Positions 12,756-23,960 of a stretch of DNA of 64,000 bases are shown here, piece by piece. Made by a program: the position numbers and the translations under genes. The notes under the pieces were generated by a model. The model was given only the letters and a program-made list of their open reading frames with translations, was not told the origin of the DNA and made no database searches. The DNA is taken from the NCBI GenBank assembly GCA_030390025.1, contig CM059433.1, forward strand, positions 4,340,001 through 4,404,000, written 5' to 3'. The DNA is from Squalus acanthias. Lineage: Eukaryota. Position 1 is the stretch's first letter; every line of letters starts with the position of its first letter.

Positions 12756-13511
12756 GGGCCAGAAATTCGGGTCTCCACGGGTGAGTACGCGCTGTGTACT
12801 CACCCGTAGACCCAACGAAAGTGCCAGTTTCGCGCACGCACTGCGCATGCGCTGGAAACCAGAACTTCCGTTCCCCTGAAGGAAGGGGTTCAGAGGTCGA
12901 ATGCGTGCGCCGGAGAGGCAGCGCGCACGCAGCGAACTTCATTTTTTTTTCAGGTTTCTCCGTGAGGGTAAGTACGGAGAAGCTGCACAGGAAAAAAGGA
13001 GGCGCAAGGCCTGCTTTTAACAAGGTAAGTGGTGAATTAAGTACAATTTAAAAAAATTTCAACAGGTTTATCTTTTTTACATACTTTAAAGAAAGGTAAG
13101 TTTATTTTTAGCACCGTTAAAAAGTGTAATTAATTTTTTCAAAAATTTAAATTTTTGTTTAAAGTAGTTAATTTATGTAATTTATAGTTATTTTAAAAAT
13201 GTGATTTTTTTTTTAATGAAGTTTTAGTGAGGTTTTGGGGCCAATCTCTATTCATAGATTTGACAGGTCTTCCTGTCAAAATCTATGAATGGAGATTCCC
13301 TGCTCCGATTGGCTCTCCATAGCCCACGTGATCCCAGGGGACGCTTCGAACTAACTGCGCCCCTGGGACACGCGAGCACTGGGCGCCGGCAGCTGGAGGA
13401 GGCCCAGGACCGGAATTCCACGCGGGCCCGAAGCACAACGGCAGGCGCGCTAGGTAAGTACGCACGCGATCTTTGCACCCGCGGGAAGCCGGAGAGCCGG
13501 ATTTCTGGCCC
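12756..13511 (+). mobile_element. Harbinger-type MITE, copy 1
   Basis: TIR gggccagaaat(t/c)cgg, 3-bp TSD tat. Homologous to 40849-41609 in opposite orientation. Confidence 0.9.
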
Positions 13512-13779
13512 TATATATATTCAGCCATTGCACTTTCTTGATCTCCCGGGCCATGAATATCCTGCAGCTGATTGGACAGGGATAATCCTGATCGCAGCCG
13601 TGTGCATCTCAAAGTTGTTGCCACGCCTTTATTTTTAAACTTTGTAATCGACTGGAAGGGAGCGATAGCCCAAGCAATTCTGCATACGTTCTGTGCACTC
13701 TCTTTCTGTCGAGTTCCATTATAGTTTAATATAGTGTCTACCAGGGTATTTGTCCATGATTTTTAAATTTCCTGTCACT

Positions 13780-14460
13780 CAAGGGAGGATCCAAATCACT
13801 AAAAGCTAATGCACGGGTACAAAAAGTAATCAGAAAGGCTAATGGAATGTTAGCCTTTATCCCAAGGGGGTCGGAATTCAAAAGTGAGGACGTCATTCTT
13901 CAGTTGTACACAGCCTTGGTCAGACCCCATCTGGACACTGCGTTCCATTCTGGGCACCACACCTCAGGAAGGATATACTGGCCTTGGTGTGGGTGCAGCC
14001 CAGATTCACCAGAATGATATCAGGGCTTAAAGGGTTAAGTTACGAGGACAGGTTGCATAAACCTATCTTGTATTGCATTTAGTTTAGATGGTTGAGGGGG
14101 GTGATCTAATCACGGTGTTTAAAATGATTAAGGAATTTGATCGGGTAGATACAGAGAAACTATTTTCTCCGATGGGGGGGAAATACAAAACAAGAGGATA
14201 TAACCTTAAAATTAGAGCAAGACCATTTAGGAGTGAAATCAGGAAGCAATTGGAAATCTGGAATTTGCCCCCCCAAAAGGCTGGGTGATCATTTCAACTG
14301 AAATTAGCAAGTCTAAGATTGATAGATTTTTGTTGGGCAAGGGTATTGAGGGTTACGGAACCAAGGCGGGTAGATGGGAGTTAGGATACAGATTAGCCAT
14401 GATCTCACTGAAAGGGGGAACAGGCTCGAGGGGCTGAATGGCCTCCTGCTGTTCCCACAT
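13780..14460 (+). mobile_element. Older CR1 LINE 3' fragment
   Basis: Degenerate LY.ALVRPHL..C..FW.P and GDLI.VFKMIK motifs plus CR1 tail. Confidence 0.75.
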
Positions 14461-15525
14461 TCCGCTGATCTCCCTCGCCCACGCCAGAATTGCAAAAGGG
14501 GAGGGGTTATTTAAATATCTAAATTCAACAACAACTTGCATTTATATAGCCCCTTTAATGTAACAGAATGTCCCAAGGCCCTTATTCATCCCAATGCCTC
14601 TATCCAACATTCTTTTCCGATCCAGAACATGGATGAATTCAATTACCTGAAATGGTTGAGTAACTTCAACTCAGGTCTGAGTACTGATAGTGTCCCAAAA
14701 TGCAAATCTGTACTCCAATTGCCATTAATTTGGCAAAATCACATTTGGACATGCAATAATAGTCAGTTTAGGAGATTTTTTTTTAAAGTTGCAGGAATAT
14801 GGCAGAGTGTTCTTAAAGCTGGGTTTTCTTTCAGTCTACTTCATACCCACGTAAACAATGTCTTTCTCTCAGGACCTGCTATTCAAAGGTTTGATTAACT
14901 TCACCAAGATACATGACCACAGCCTGAAACATGATGCGCACTTTCCAGGCCCTGTGTAATACAATCTCCGGGTGCCTTATTTTCACTAAACTTGTGTCGC
15001 TATAATTTATCTTCTACATAAGCCTACGGTAGGGGAGGTTTGATTTACCTACTTAAAACTATTCACTTTATTTACAAGACTAGAATACAAAGTTAGGATA
15101 ACATCTGAGGCCCACGGTCATCTCAACTAGAATTAAATAATCCTCTTTATTCAAGACAGCCAAATAGTTCCTCACCTGTGACCCTCACAAACCATTCTAA
15201 TTTCCTGTTCTGATGTTTTGACTAGAGAATGTCTATCTTGAGAGAACTTAATGCTGCCAGAGGAGTACAAAATGCAATTAAATGCTTTATTTCCCACTAT
15301 TGCCATCATTCACCATGAGGAATTCAAACACAGAAAAGTTATTGTTTTAACAGGAAATGTGATCAAGTTGTTTTAACACTTACTATTTAGTGTATTAATG
15401 CTGCAGTATTACGGGACTTTCCCCCCTCCACTCCTCTCCCAGGACATGCTGATGCGCACTAGGTTACAGCTCTACAGACATTGCAGACCTCCCGTACCTC
15501 ACCCACGTGGCTTTTCTTCAGGAGT

Positions 15526-15950
15526 GCTCAGGCAGGGGGGGGGGCTCAGACATGGGGGGGGCTCAGACAGGGGGGGGGCTCAGACAGGGGGGGGGGCTCA
15601 GACAGGGGGGGGCTCAGACAGGGGGGGGCTCAGACATGGGGGGGGGCTCAGACAGGGGGGGGGCTCAGACAGGGGGGCGGGCTCAGACAGGGGGGGGACT
15701 CAGACAGGGGGGGGGGGCTGAGGGGGGGGGGCTCAGACATGGGGGGGGGCTCAGACAGGGGGGGGCTCAGACAGGGGGGGGGGCTCAGACAGGGGGGGGC
15801 TCAGACAGGGGGGGGCTCAGACATGGGGGGGCTCAGACATGGGGGGGGGGCTCAGACAGGGGGGGCGGGCTCAGACAGGGGGGGGACTCAGACAGGGGGG
15901 GGGGCTCAGATGGGGGGGGCTCAGACAGGGGGGGGGCTTAGACAGGGGGG
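15526..15950 (+). repeat. G-rich minisatellite (GCTCAGACA[T]G6-10)n, about 25 units
   Basis: Directly visible tandem array. It generates the Gly-rich pseudo-ORFs at 15398-16048. Confidence 0.95.
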
Positions 15951-16159
15951 GTGGGGAGGGTCAACAAATCTATTCAACTATGGAGGGCATCACAACTGAG
16001 CCCCATCCCGTCCAGACCGGCACAGCTTCCAGCAGGGTCACTGGATAGTAATCAAGGCCTTGGACGGCAGGAGGATAGAATAATTGGCATTGGCTGCTAT
16101 GTGTAGCAACATAAATATGTTTAGGATTTTGTTGCACATTGGGATCAGAGCAATTCTTT

Positions 16160-16585
16160 CATAAGAACATAAGAAATAGAAGCTGGAGTAGGCCATTTGG
16201 CCCCTCGAGCCTGCTCCGCCTTTCAGTGAGATCATGGCTGATCTTCTACCCCATCTCCACTTTCCTGCACTATCCCCATATCCCTTGATTCCCTTAATAT
16301 TCAAAAATCTATCGATCTCTGTCTTGAATATACTCAACGACTGAGCCTCCACAGCCCTCTGGGGTAGAGAATTCCAAAGATTCACCACCCTCTGAGTGAA
16401 GAAATTTCTCCTCATCTCAGTCCTAAATGGCCGACCCCTTATTCTGTGACTGTGATCCCTGGCTCTAGACTCCCCAGCCAGGGGAAACATCCTCCCTGCA
16501 TCTACCCTGTCAAGCCCTGTAAGAATTTTGTATGTTTCAGTGGGATCACTTCTCATTCTTCTAAACTCCAGAGAATATAGGCCTA
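16160..16585 (-). mobile_element. Young CR1 LINE 3' fragment
   Basis: GLYSLEFRRMR..ETYKILTGLDRVDAGRMFP...RNFFTQRVVNLWNSLP. Near-identical to 19937-20526. Confidence 0.9.
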
Positions 16586-16609
16586 TATTGCTATTTCCCA
16601 CCCCCCAGG

Positions 16610-16800
16610 GAAGAGCAATCCGAATTGATTTTTTCCCTTTCAGAGCTCAAGGACACGGAGGCAAATTGTGGTGGCCCATGGTTGCCCTGGAGGGTTGAGT
16701 TCAGCTATCTCAGCACACACCAGGCCTCAAACCGGTCAGCCCCTGAGCCTGTATGGCATCGTACAGCACCAGGTAGAGCAATTTCCCATGCAGCCATCAT
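16610..16800 (-). mobile_element. Ancient LF-SINE-like fragment
   Basis: Minus strand ctggtgtgtgctgagatagctgaactcaac...acaatttgcctc...agggaaaaaatca, similar to 2998-3150 and to the recalled LF-SINE consensus. Confidence 0.45.
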
Positions 16801-17036
16801 GGGAATAACATCGTGGATTTTCTATCAAACTTCTAAATAATTGTCTGTTGGAAGAACTGGTTTACTAGAAACGGATTTTACAACTAAAAAAAAAACTTCC
16901 AACATAGTCTTATTACCATTACTCAATCTCTAAATTCATGAACTGATGCAATATACATAGATGAAGATCTTAAGTAACAACAGAACATGCTGGAAATACT
17001 CAGCAGGTCAAACAACATCCGTGGAGAGAGAAACAG

Positions 17037-17073
17037 AGTCAACGTTTCAGGTCGATGACCCTTCGTCAGAACT
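17037..17073 (-). ncRNA. Minimal type I hammerhead ribozyme motif (Penelope pLTR)
   Basis: agtt-CTGACGA-agggtc atc gacct-GAAA-cg-TT-gact: conserved core, stem II hairpin, palindromic ACGT stem III. Confidence 0.65.
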
Positions 17074-18125
17074 GGAAAAAGCTGGAGATGGAACAGGTTT
17101 TTAAGCGAGTGTAGGGGCAGGGAGAGGGGGGAGGGGAGGAAAGAACAAAAGGGAAGGTCTGTGATAGGGTGGAAGACAGGAGAGATTAAAAGACAAAAGG
17201 GATGATGGTGCAAGGCAAAAGGAGATGGTAATGGGACAAGTTAAGAAACAAAAGATGTGTCTAGATGAGGTGTAAATGGGAATGGCAGAATCATCGACAG
17301 CTGCCATGTGAGAGAGAAAAAAAGATTTTTTTTTTTAAACGATAGGGGCCGAGGTTATAGTCTGAAATTGTTGAACTCAATGTTAAGTCCAGAAGGTTGT
17401 AAAGTGCCTAATCGAAAGATGAGGTGCTGTTCCTCGAGCTTACGTTGAGCTCGTTGGAACAGTGTAATAGGCCGAGGACGGAGAGGTCAGAGTGGGAGTG
17501 GAGTGGAGAATTAAAGTGACAGGTGACCGGAAGCTCGGGGTCACCCTTACAGACTGAACGGAGGTGTTCCGCAAAGCGGTCACCCAATCTGCGTTTGATC
17601 TCCCCAATGTAGAGGAGACCGCATCATGAGCTTTGCGAAACACCTCCGTTCAGTCCGTAAGGGCTGACCCCGAGCTTCCAGTCGCCTGTCACTTTAATTC
17701 TCCGCTCCACTCCCACTCTGACCTCACCGTCCTCGGCCTCTTACAATGTTCCAATGAAGCTCAACGTAAGCTCGAGGAACAGCACCTCATCTTTCGATTA
17801 GGCACTTTACAGCCTTCTGGACTCTACATAGAGTTCAACAATTTCAGATCATAACCTCGACCCTAATATATATTTTTTTCTTTTCTCTCCCACATGGCAG
17901 CTGTTGGTGATTCTGCCATTCCCATTTACACCTCATCTAGAGTCATTTTTTTTCTTAACTTGTACCATTACTATCTCCTTTTGCCTTGCACCATCATCCC
18001 TTTTGTCATTTAATCTCTCCTGCCTTCCAGCCTATCACAGACCTTCCCTTTTGTTCTTTTCTCCCCTCTCTACTTTCCCTGCCCCTGCACTTGCTTAAAA
18101 ATCTGTTACATCTCCAACTTTTTCC

Positions 18126-18162
18126 AGTTCTGACGAAGGGTCATCGACCTGAAACGTTAACT
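18126..18162 (+). ncRNA. Minimal type I hammerhead ribozyme motif (Penelope pLTR)
   Basis: agtt-CTGACGA-agggtcatcgacct-GAAA-cg-TT-aact; stem I agtt/aact. Confidence 0.7.
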
Positions 18163-18289
18163 CTGTTTCTCTCTCCACAGATGCTGCCTGACCCGCTGAG
18201 TATTTCCAGCACTTTCTGTTTTTATTTCAGATTTCCAGCATCCGCAGTATTTTGCTATTGAAGATCTAAAGTGTTGGTCTCATACAGAA

Positions 18290-18710
18290 TGCTTGCCCAA
18301 GTCAGAAGGTCATGGGTACAAGCCCCACTCCAGGAACTTGAGCACAAAATCTTCAGTGAGTACCGAGGAAGTGCTGCACTGTCAGAGACGCTGTCTTCAG
18401 ATACGTTAAGTTAAAATGAGGCCCGATCTGCCTGTTTTGGTGGAGGTAAAATATCCCATGGTCCTAGTCAAAGTCGGGGAGTTCTGCGAATGTCGAGGCA
18501 TTGTCAATTATCCCTCAACCAACACGACTAATACAAACTCTGATGATTTATGTCATTTGCCATTTGTGGGACCTTGCTGGGTACAAATTGGCTGCTGCAC
18601 CTGCCGACAGAACCGTGACCGCACTGCAGATTAATTCATTGGCTGTGAAGCGCGTTGGGACATTCTGAAAACGTGGAAGAAACTATATAAATCCAAGTTT
18701 GTTCTTCCTT
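18290..18710 (+). mobile_element. Degenerate SacSINE1/DeuSINE-type SINE
   Basis: gtcagaagg..ccactccagg..gtgctgcactgtc.. and 3' ttcattggctgtgaagcg..ctatataaat, homologous to the 41687 copy. Confidence 0.65.
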
Positions 18711-18913
18711 TAAAACTGTAGGTGTTGCTACGAAGATGGAACCGGCCTATTCATTTCAGAGTTACTTGTGGCGTTGCATCCAGCTGGTTTCAAGGATCAG
18801 AGCTGGTATGTGCTGCTGCAGCCCGTGTGGCCTTGTAAACAGATTAAAAACCACACTGGAACATCCAAGGTACAATTTAACAAAATGATTGTAAAAGTAA
18901 CTACAAAACTTAC

Positions 18914-19000
18914 TGGCTAACTTTGTGATACAGTTTTGCGATGCCTTGATGCGTCCAGTCCTTACCAAGCGTAGGTAAAATGTGACCCAAGGCATCAGAT
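18914..19000 (-). CDS. LPIN1: Lipin-1 C-LIP exon with LxxIL co-activator motif ([28 protein letters not shown])
   Basis: 87 nt, gcacag/gtaagt, LGHIL motif. Confidence 0.98.
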
Positions 19001-19131
19001 CTGTGCAAATATAAAATATATAATTTGTTCAGCCTTCCATTGAAAGAAAATAGTCCGTATTTGGAAAACAAATTGACTCCACTCCAAACATGACTAATGA
19101 CGATACGAGAGAACCTCAGATCGACACGTAC

Positions 19132-19280
19132 CTTGTAATTGTTCCATCAATATCAGAAATAACAATTCTGTCATTCCAGTTCCAGAGGTAGATAGTACCT
19201 TCACAGCGACACGTGCCCTGGTATTGTGTTGTGACACTAAACACTACATCATTTGGACCATCCTTTAGTTGGAGACATTT
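19132..19280 (-). CDS. LPIN1: Lipin-1 C-LIP exon with catalytic HAD motif DIDGT
   Basis: 149 nt, ttacag/gtacgt; [49 protein letters not shown]. Confidence 0.98.
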
Positions 19281-19377
19281 CTGTAAATCAGAAAATACAG
19301 GTGTGTGAACCAACTAACACAGTCTGTGTCAAACCACAGTCTGTCAAACAGCTTTGAGTCGGTGTCGAACAGCTTTT

Positions 19378-19760
19378 TAAAAATTCGTTTTTATGGGATG
19401 TGGGCGTCGCTGGCAAGGCCAGCATTTATTGTCCATCCCTAATTGCCCTCGAGAAGGTGGTGGTGAGCCGCCGCCTTCTTGAACCGCTGCAGTCCGTGTG
19501 GTGAAGGTACTCCCACAGTGCTGTTAGGGAGGGAGTTCCAGGATTTTGACCCAGCGACGATGAAGGAACGGCCGATATACTTCTAAGTCAGGATGGTGTG
19601 TGACTTAGAGGGGAACTTGGAGGTGGTGGTGTTCCCATGAGGCCTGCTGCCCTTGTCCTTCTAGGTGGAAGAGTTCACGGGTTTGGGAGGTGCTGCCGAA
19701 GAAGCCTTGGCGAGTTGCTGCAGTGCATCTTGTAGATGGTACACACTGCAGCCACGGTAC
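19378..19760 (-). mobile_element. HER1-type LINE 3' fragment
   Basis: Reverse complement of 5200-5573. Confidence 0.85.
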
Positions 19761-19936
19761 GCTTTGGTTCATGTGATCTCTTAAAATGACCAGTTTGTGC
19801 ACTGTGGATTGATCATTTTATATTATATACACAATTTAAAAAATTGAGTGCAGTTACTTATAACTACAAAGAACAACTGGCTCAGTTTAAATCCGTTGGA
19901 GCATGGGCCCACAGTACAAGAGGATTTGAGTATAAG

Positions 19937-20526
19937 AGTCTTCCTGCAATTATATAGGGCCCTGGTGAGACCACACCTGGAGTACTGTGTACAGTTTTGG
20001 TCTCCTTACCTAAGGAAGGATATTCTTGCCACAGACGGAGTGCAACGAAGGTTCACCAGACTGGTCCCTGGGATGGGGGGATTGTCCTATGAGGAGAGAT
20101 TGAGTAGACTAGGCCTATATTCTCTAGAGTTTAGAAGAATGAGTGGTGATCTCATTGAAACATACAAAATTCTTACAGGGCTTGACAGAGTAGATGCAGG
20201 GAGGATGTTTCCCCTGTCTGGGGAGTCTAGAACCAGGGGTCAGAGTCTCAGAATAAGGGGTCGGCCATTTAGGACTGAGATGAGGAGAAATTTCTTCACT
20301 CAGAGGGTGGTGAATCTTTGGAATTCTCTACCCCAGAGGGCTGTGGAGGCTCAGTCGTTGAGTATATTCAAGACAGAGATCGATAGATTTTTGAATATTA
20401 AGGGAATCAAGGGGATAGTGCAAGAAAGTGGAGTTGAGGTCGATGATCAGCCATGATCTCATTGAATGGTGGAGCAGGCTCGAGGGGCCGAATGGCCGAC
20501 TCCTGCTCCTATTTCTTATGTTCTTA
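19937..20526 (+). mobile_element. Young CR1 LINE 3' fragment
   Basis: LYRALVRPHLEYCVQFWSPYLRKD...RVVNLWNSLP in ORF 19848..20456. Confidence 0.9.
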
Positions 20527-20889
20527 GTACAAAACTGGCCCATCTAAATTAGCAATCACACTCTAGTGGATGTATAGAGTGAAAAGTACAAGAATTCACC
20601 AGGCATGTTGGTGTAGTGGAATAGAGGGACCCCAAACATTGTGCTTATTTCACACCTGACCCAAGAGTGTTCAATACTAAGACAGAGTGAGAAAATGGAA
20701 CAGATTTAGGGCAGAGAGCAGGAGAATTAGGGTTTTTTTTTACACAAAGTGTTATGAGGCAGCAGTGGCATTCCTCACTTGATGAGCGTAAAAGTTCACC
20801 AAAAAATAAAGCTGGACTTCACATGGAGTCGTGTACCAGAGTTTCCTGGAATGGCTCGGGCATATCACAACTTTAGTACGCTTGATAAT

Positions 20890-21012
20890 AGAAACATAGA
20901 AGATAGGAGCAGGAGTAGGCCATTCGGCCCCTCGAGCCTGCTCCGCCATTTAATGAGATCATGGCTGATCATCCAAATTCAGTACCCTGTACCTGCTTTC
21001 TCCCCATATCCC
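20890..21012 (-). mobile_element. CR1 LINE 3' tail fragment
   Basis: Near-identical to the start of the 24638 and 27497 copies. Confidence 0.8.
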
Positions 21013-21228
21013 TCGAGTTATACCAAACCTTTACACTGACATGCACACAAAACTGCTCTGCGTGCCAATATAATTTCAACCCAGAAAGAAAGAAAAGGAA
21101 TATTTAAGTAAGCCATTAACAAAGCCTTATACTACAGCATTCCCTCAACAGACAAGTTATCCTACATAACAACAGAAAACGCTGGAAAAACTCAGCAGGC
21201 CAGGCAGCATCCGTGGAGAGAGAAAGAG

Positions 21229-21265
21229 AGTTAACGTTTCAGGTCGATGACCTTTCGTCAGAACT
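21229..21265 (-). ncRNA. Minimal type I hammerhead ribozyme motif (Penelope pLTR)
   Basis: agtt-CTGACGA-a-aggtc atc gacct-GAAA-cg-TT-aact. Confidence 0.7.
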
Positions 21266-22714
21266 GGGAAGAGCCGGAAATCAAATAGATTTAAGGCCAG
21301 AGTAAAGCTGGGAAAAGGGGGAGGGGATAATAGAACAAAGGGGGAGATGAAGAGACATTAAGAGACATTAAGAGATATGCAAGGATAGAGGTGGTGTTAA
21401 TGTGACAGATTAAGGCTGAAAGAAGTGTGAAATCCACTGGCAGAATGAAGGCCAGCTGCCAGCTTCTAGGAGGAAAAAAAAGGTAGGGGGTGCAAATAAA
21501 AGGGTGGAAAAAATAAAATATAAATGTGATTGGAGCTGAGGTTATGATCTAAAATTGTTGAACTCGATATTGAGTCCAGAGGGCTGTAGCGTGCCTAAAC
21601 GAAAGATGAGGTGCTGTTCCTCGAGCTTACGCTGCGCTTCCGTGGAACAGTGTAATAGGCCGAGGACGGTGAGGTCAGAGTGGGAGTGAAGCGGTGAATT
21701 AAAGTGACAGGCCACCGGGAGCTCGGGGTCCCCCTTACGGACTGAACGGAGGTGTTCCGCAAAGCGGTCACCCAATCTGCGTTTGGTCTCCCCAATGTAG
21801 AGGAGACCACATCGTGAGCAGCGAATACAGTATACTAAATTGCAGGAAGTACAAGTAAATCGCTGTTTCACCTGGAAGGGGTGTTTGGGGCCCTGGACAG
21901 TGGGAAGAGGGGAGGTGTAAGGGCATGTGTTGCATCTCCTGCGCGTGCACGGGAAGGTGCCGGGCGAAGGGGAAGGGGTGCTGGGGGTGGTAGAGGAGTG
22001 GACTAGGGTGTCGCGGAGGGAGCGGTCCCTGCGGAATGCTGAAAGGGGAGGTGAGGGGAAGATGTGTTTGGTGGTGGGATCACGCTGGAGGTGGCGGAAA
22101 TGGCGGAGGATGATCCGTTGAATGTGGAGGCTGGTGGGGTGAAAGGTGAGGACAAGGGGAACCCTATCGTGGTTCCAGGAGGGAGGGGCAGGGGTGAGGG
22201 CAGATTGGGTGACCGCTTTGCGGAACACCTCCGTTCAGTCCGTAAGGGGGACCCCGAGCTCCCGGTGGCCTGTCACTTTAATTCACCGCTTCACTCCCAC
22301 TCTGACCTCACCGTCCTCGGCCTATTACACTGTTCCACGGAAGCGCAGCGTAAGCTCGAGGAACAGCACCTCATCTTTCGTTTAGGCACGCTACAGCCCT
22401 CTGGACTCAATATCGAGTTCAACAATTTTAGATCATAACCTCAGCTCCAATCACATTTATATTTTATTTTTTCCACCCTTTTATTTGCACCCCCTACCTT
22501 TTTTTTCCTCCTAGAAGCTGGCAGCTGGCCTTCATTCTGCCAGTGGATTTCACACTTCTTTCAGCCTTAATCTGTCACATTAACACCACCTCTATCCTTG
22601 CATATCTCTTAATGTCTCTTAATGTCTCTTCATCTCCCCCTTTGTTCTTTTATCCCCTCCCCCTTTTCCCAGCTTTACTCTGGCCTTAAATCTATTTGAT
22701 TTCCGGCTCTTCCC

Positions 22715-22751
22715 AGTTCTGACGAAAGGTCATCGACCTGAAACGTTAACT
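22715..22751 (+). ncRNA. Minimal type I hammerhead ribozyme motif (Penelope pLTR)
   Basis: Exact reverse-complement copy of 21229-21265. Confidence 0.7.
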
Positions 22752-22889
22752 CTCTTTCTCTCTCCACGGATGCTGCCTGGCCTGCTGAGTTTTTCCAGCG
22801 TTTTCTGTTGTTATTTCAGATTTCCAGCATCCGCAGTATTTTGCTATCGCTAAGTTATCCTACATATTTTGCAATGATGAAAAGTATTA

Positions 22890-23960
22890 CACAGAAACTA
22901 GCCATTCAGGTCAACCAGCCCGTATTGGCGTTTACCCTCTACGTGAGCTTTAGTCCGAACCCCATATGCCTATCCAGTCCCATATCCCTTTATTCTCTTT
23001 TCCTTGAACCACCCAGCTAGCCTATTCTTAAAAGTTGGCATGATCTCTGCTTCAATCACTCGCTCCCGCAGTGCATTCCGCGGCTTCTAAACCCTCCGTA
23101 CAAAATCCTCCCTCCTGCTCTCCGTCCTAAATCTCTCACATTTAATCTTGTATCTTTCTGGAAACAATCTGTCTCATCCCCTCATAATTTTAAGCAACAC
23201 TATCAAATCACCCTTTAATGTCTTCTGTTGATCGAGTGGAAATCAAATGAAACGAGCCCCAGTTTTTCCAAGTCTTCCCTCATACCAGGCAGAATCCTAG
23301 TGAATCTGCACTGTACCCTCGCTCTTCGCTCAATGTCCTTCCTATAGTGTGGAGCCCAGAACTTTCACAGTTTTCCAACTGTGGTCTTACTAAGGTTTTA
23401 TACAGATCTTCCATTACATCTCTACTTCTTTGTTCTATACCTCTTGCCATAAAGCCCAGCATTCCATTAGCTTTTTATTTTATGGCCTTAATTACTGGAG
23501 GTGCTGAATGCTCAAATCTCTCTGCTCTTCCACATCACCCAGCTCTCCTCCATTCAAAGTATAATTATTACTTTTATTTTTTTTTAAATGAAAATGTACA
23601 TTGAATTCCATCTATCACCTTTCTGTCCATTCTACCATCTTAATAATATCCCCTTGGTCCTTAGGATTATTTATCATGTCTCCTATTTTAGTATTAACTG
23701 AAAATTTGGACGCCACTCCGTGGGACATCACCACCCACTTCCAACCACTCGGAGACCCGTCTTTAATTCCTGCTCAGTTTCTTCTATTCTAACCAGTTTT
23801 TAAATACTAGTTGCTACCCTTCCTCTAATTCTATACCCCTCAATCTTCCCCAGTACTCTCTCGTGTGTGGTCACACACAGACTTTCGGAAAGTCCATTTA
23901 CACCACGTACGCGCCAGTTTCCCCCTCCACCATTTCCGTCACCTCCTCAGGTTTGTCGAG
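22890..23960 (-). mobile_element. Old degenerate CR1 LINE
   Basis: MLGFMARGIE.RSRDVMEDLYKTLVRPQLE in ORF 23280..23462, many deletions. Confidence 0.65.

Larger units (their letters stand above)
16976..18258. mobile_element. Penelope-like element, inverted pseudo-LTR pair (GIY-YIG C-terminus plus 3' UTR in both orientations)
   Basis: Arms 16975-17577 and 17630-18225 are reverse complements and encode ..PELPVACHFNS..EQHLIFRLGTLQPSGL. 14-bp TSD tgaagatct(t/a)aagt at 16962-16975 and 18259-18272. Confidence 0.9.
21166..22850. mobile_element. Young Penelope-like element with GIY-YIG endonuclease fragment and 615-bp inverted pseudo-LTRs
   Basis: ORF 21542..22228 (-) NLVYCIRCSRCGLLYIGETKRRLGDRFAEH is a GIY-YIG domain with CCHH. 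Arms 21166-21780 and 22200-22814 are nearly perfect inverted copies. 15-bp TSD aagttatcctacata at 21154-21168 and 22852-22866. Confidence 0.93.

Noticed and set aside
15398..16048. Gly-rich ORFs of 69-172 aa
   Set aside because: Translations of the G-rich minisatellite; no splice or start context.
21542..22228. GIY-YIG ORF as a host nuclease gene
   Set aside because: 5'-truncated Penelope fragment; its apparent N-terminus comes from the inverted arm.
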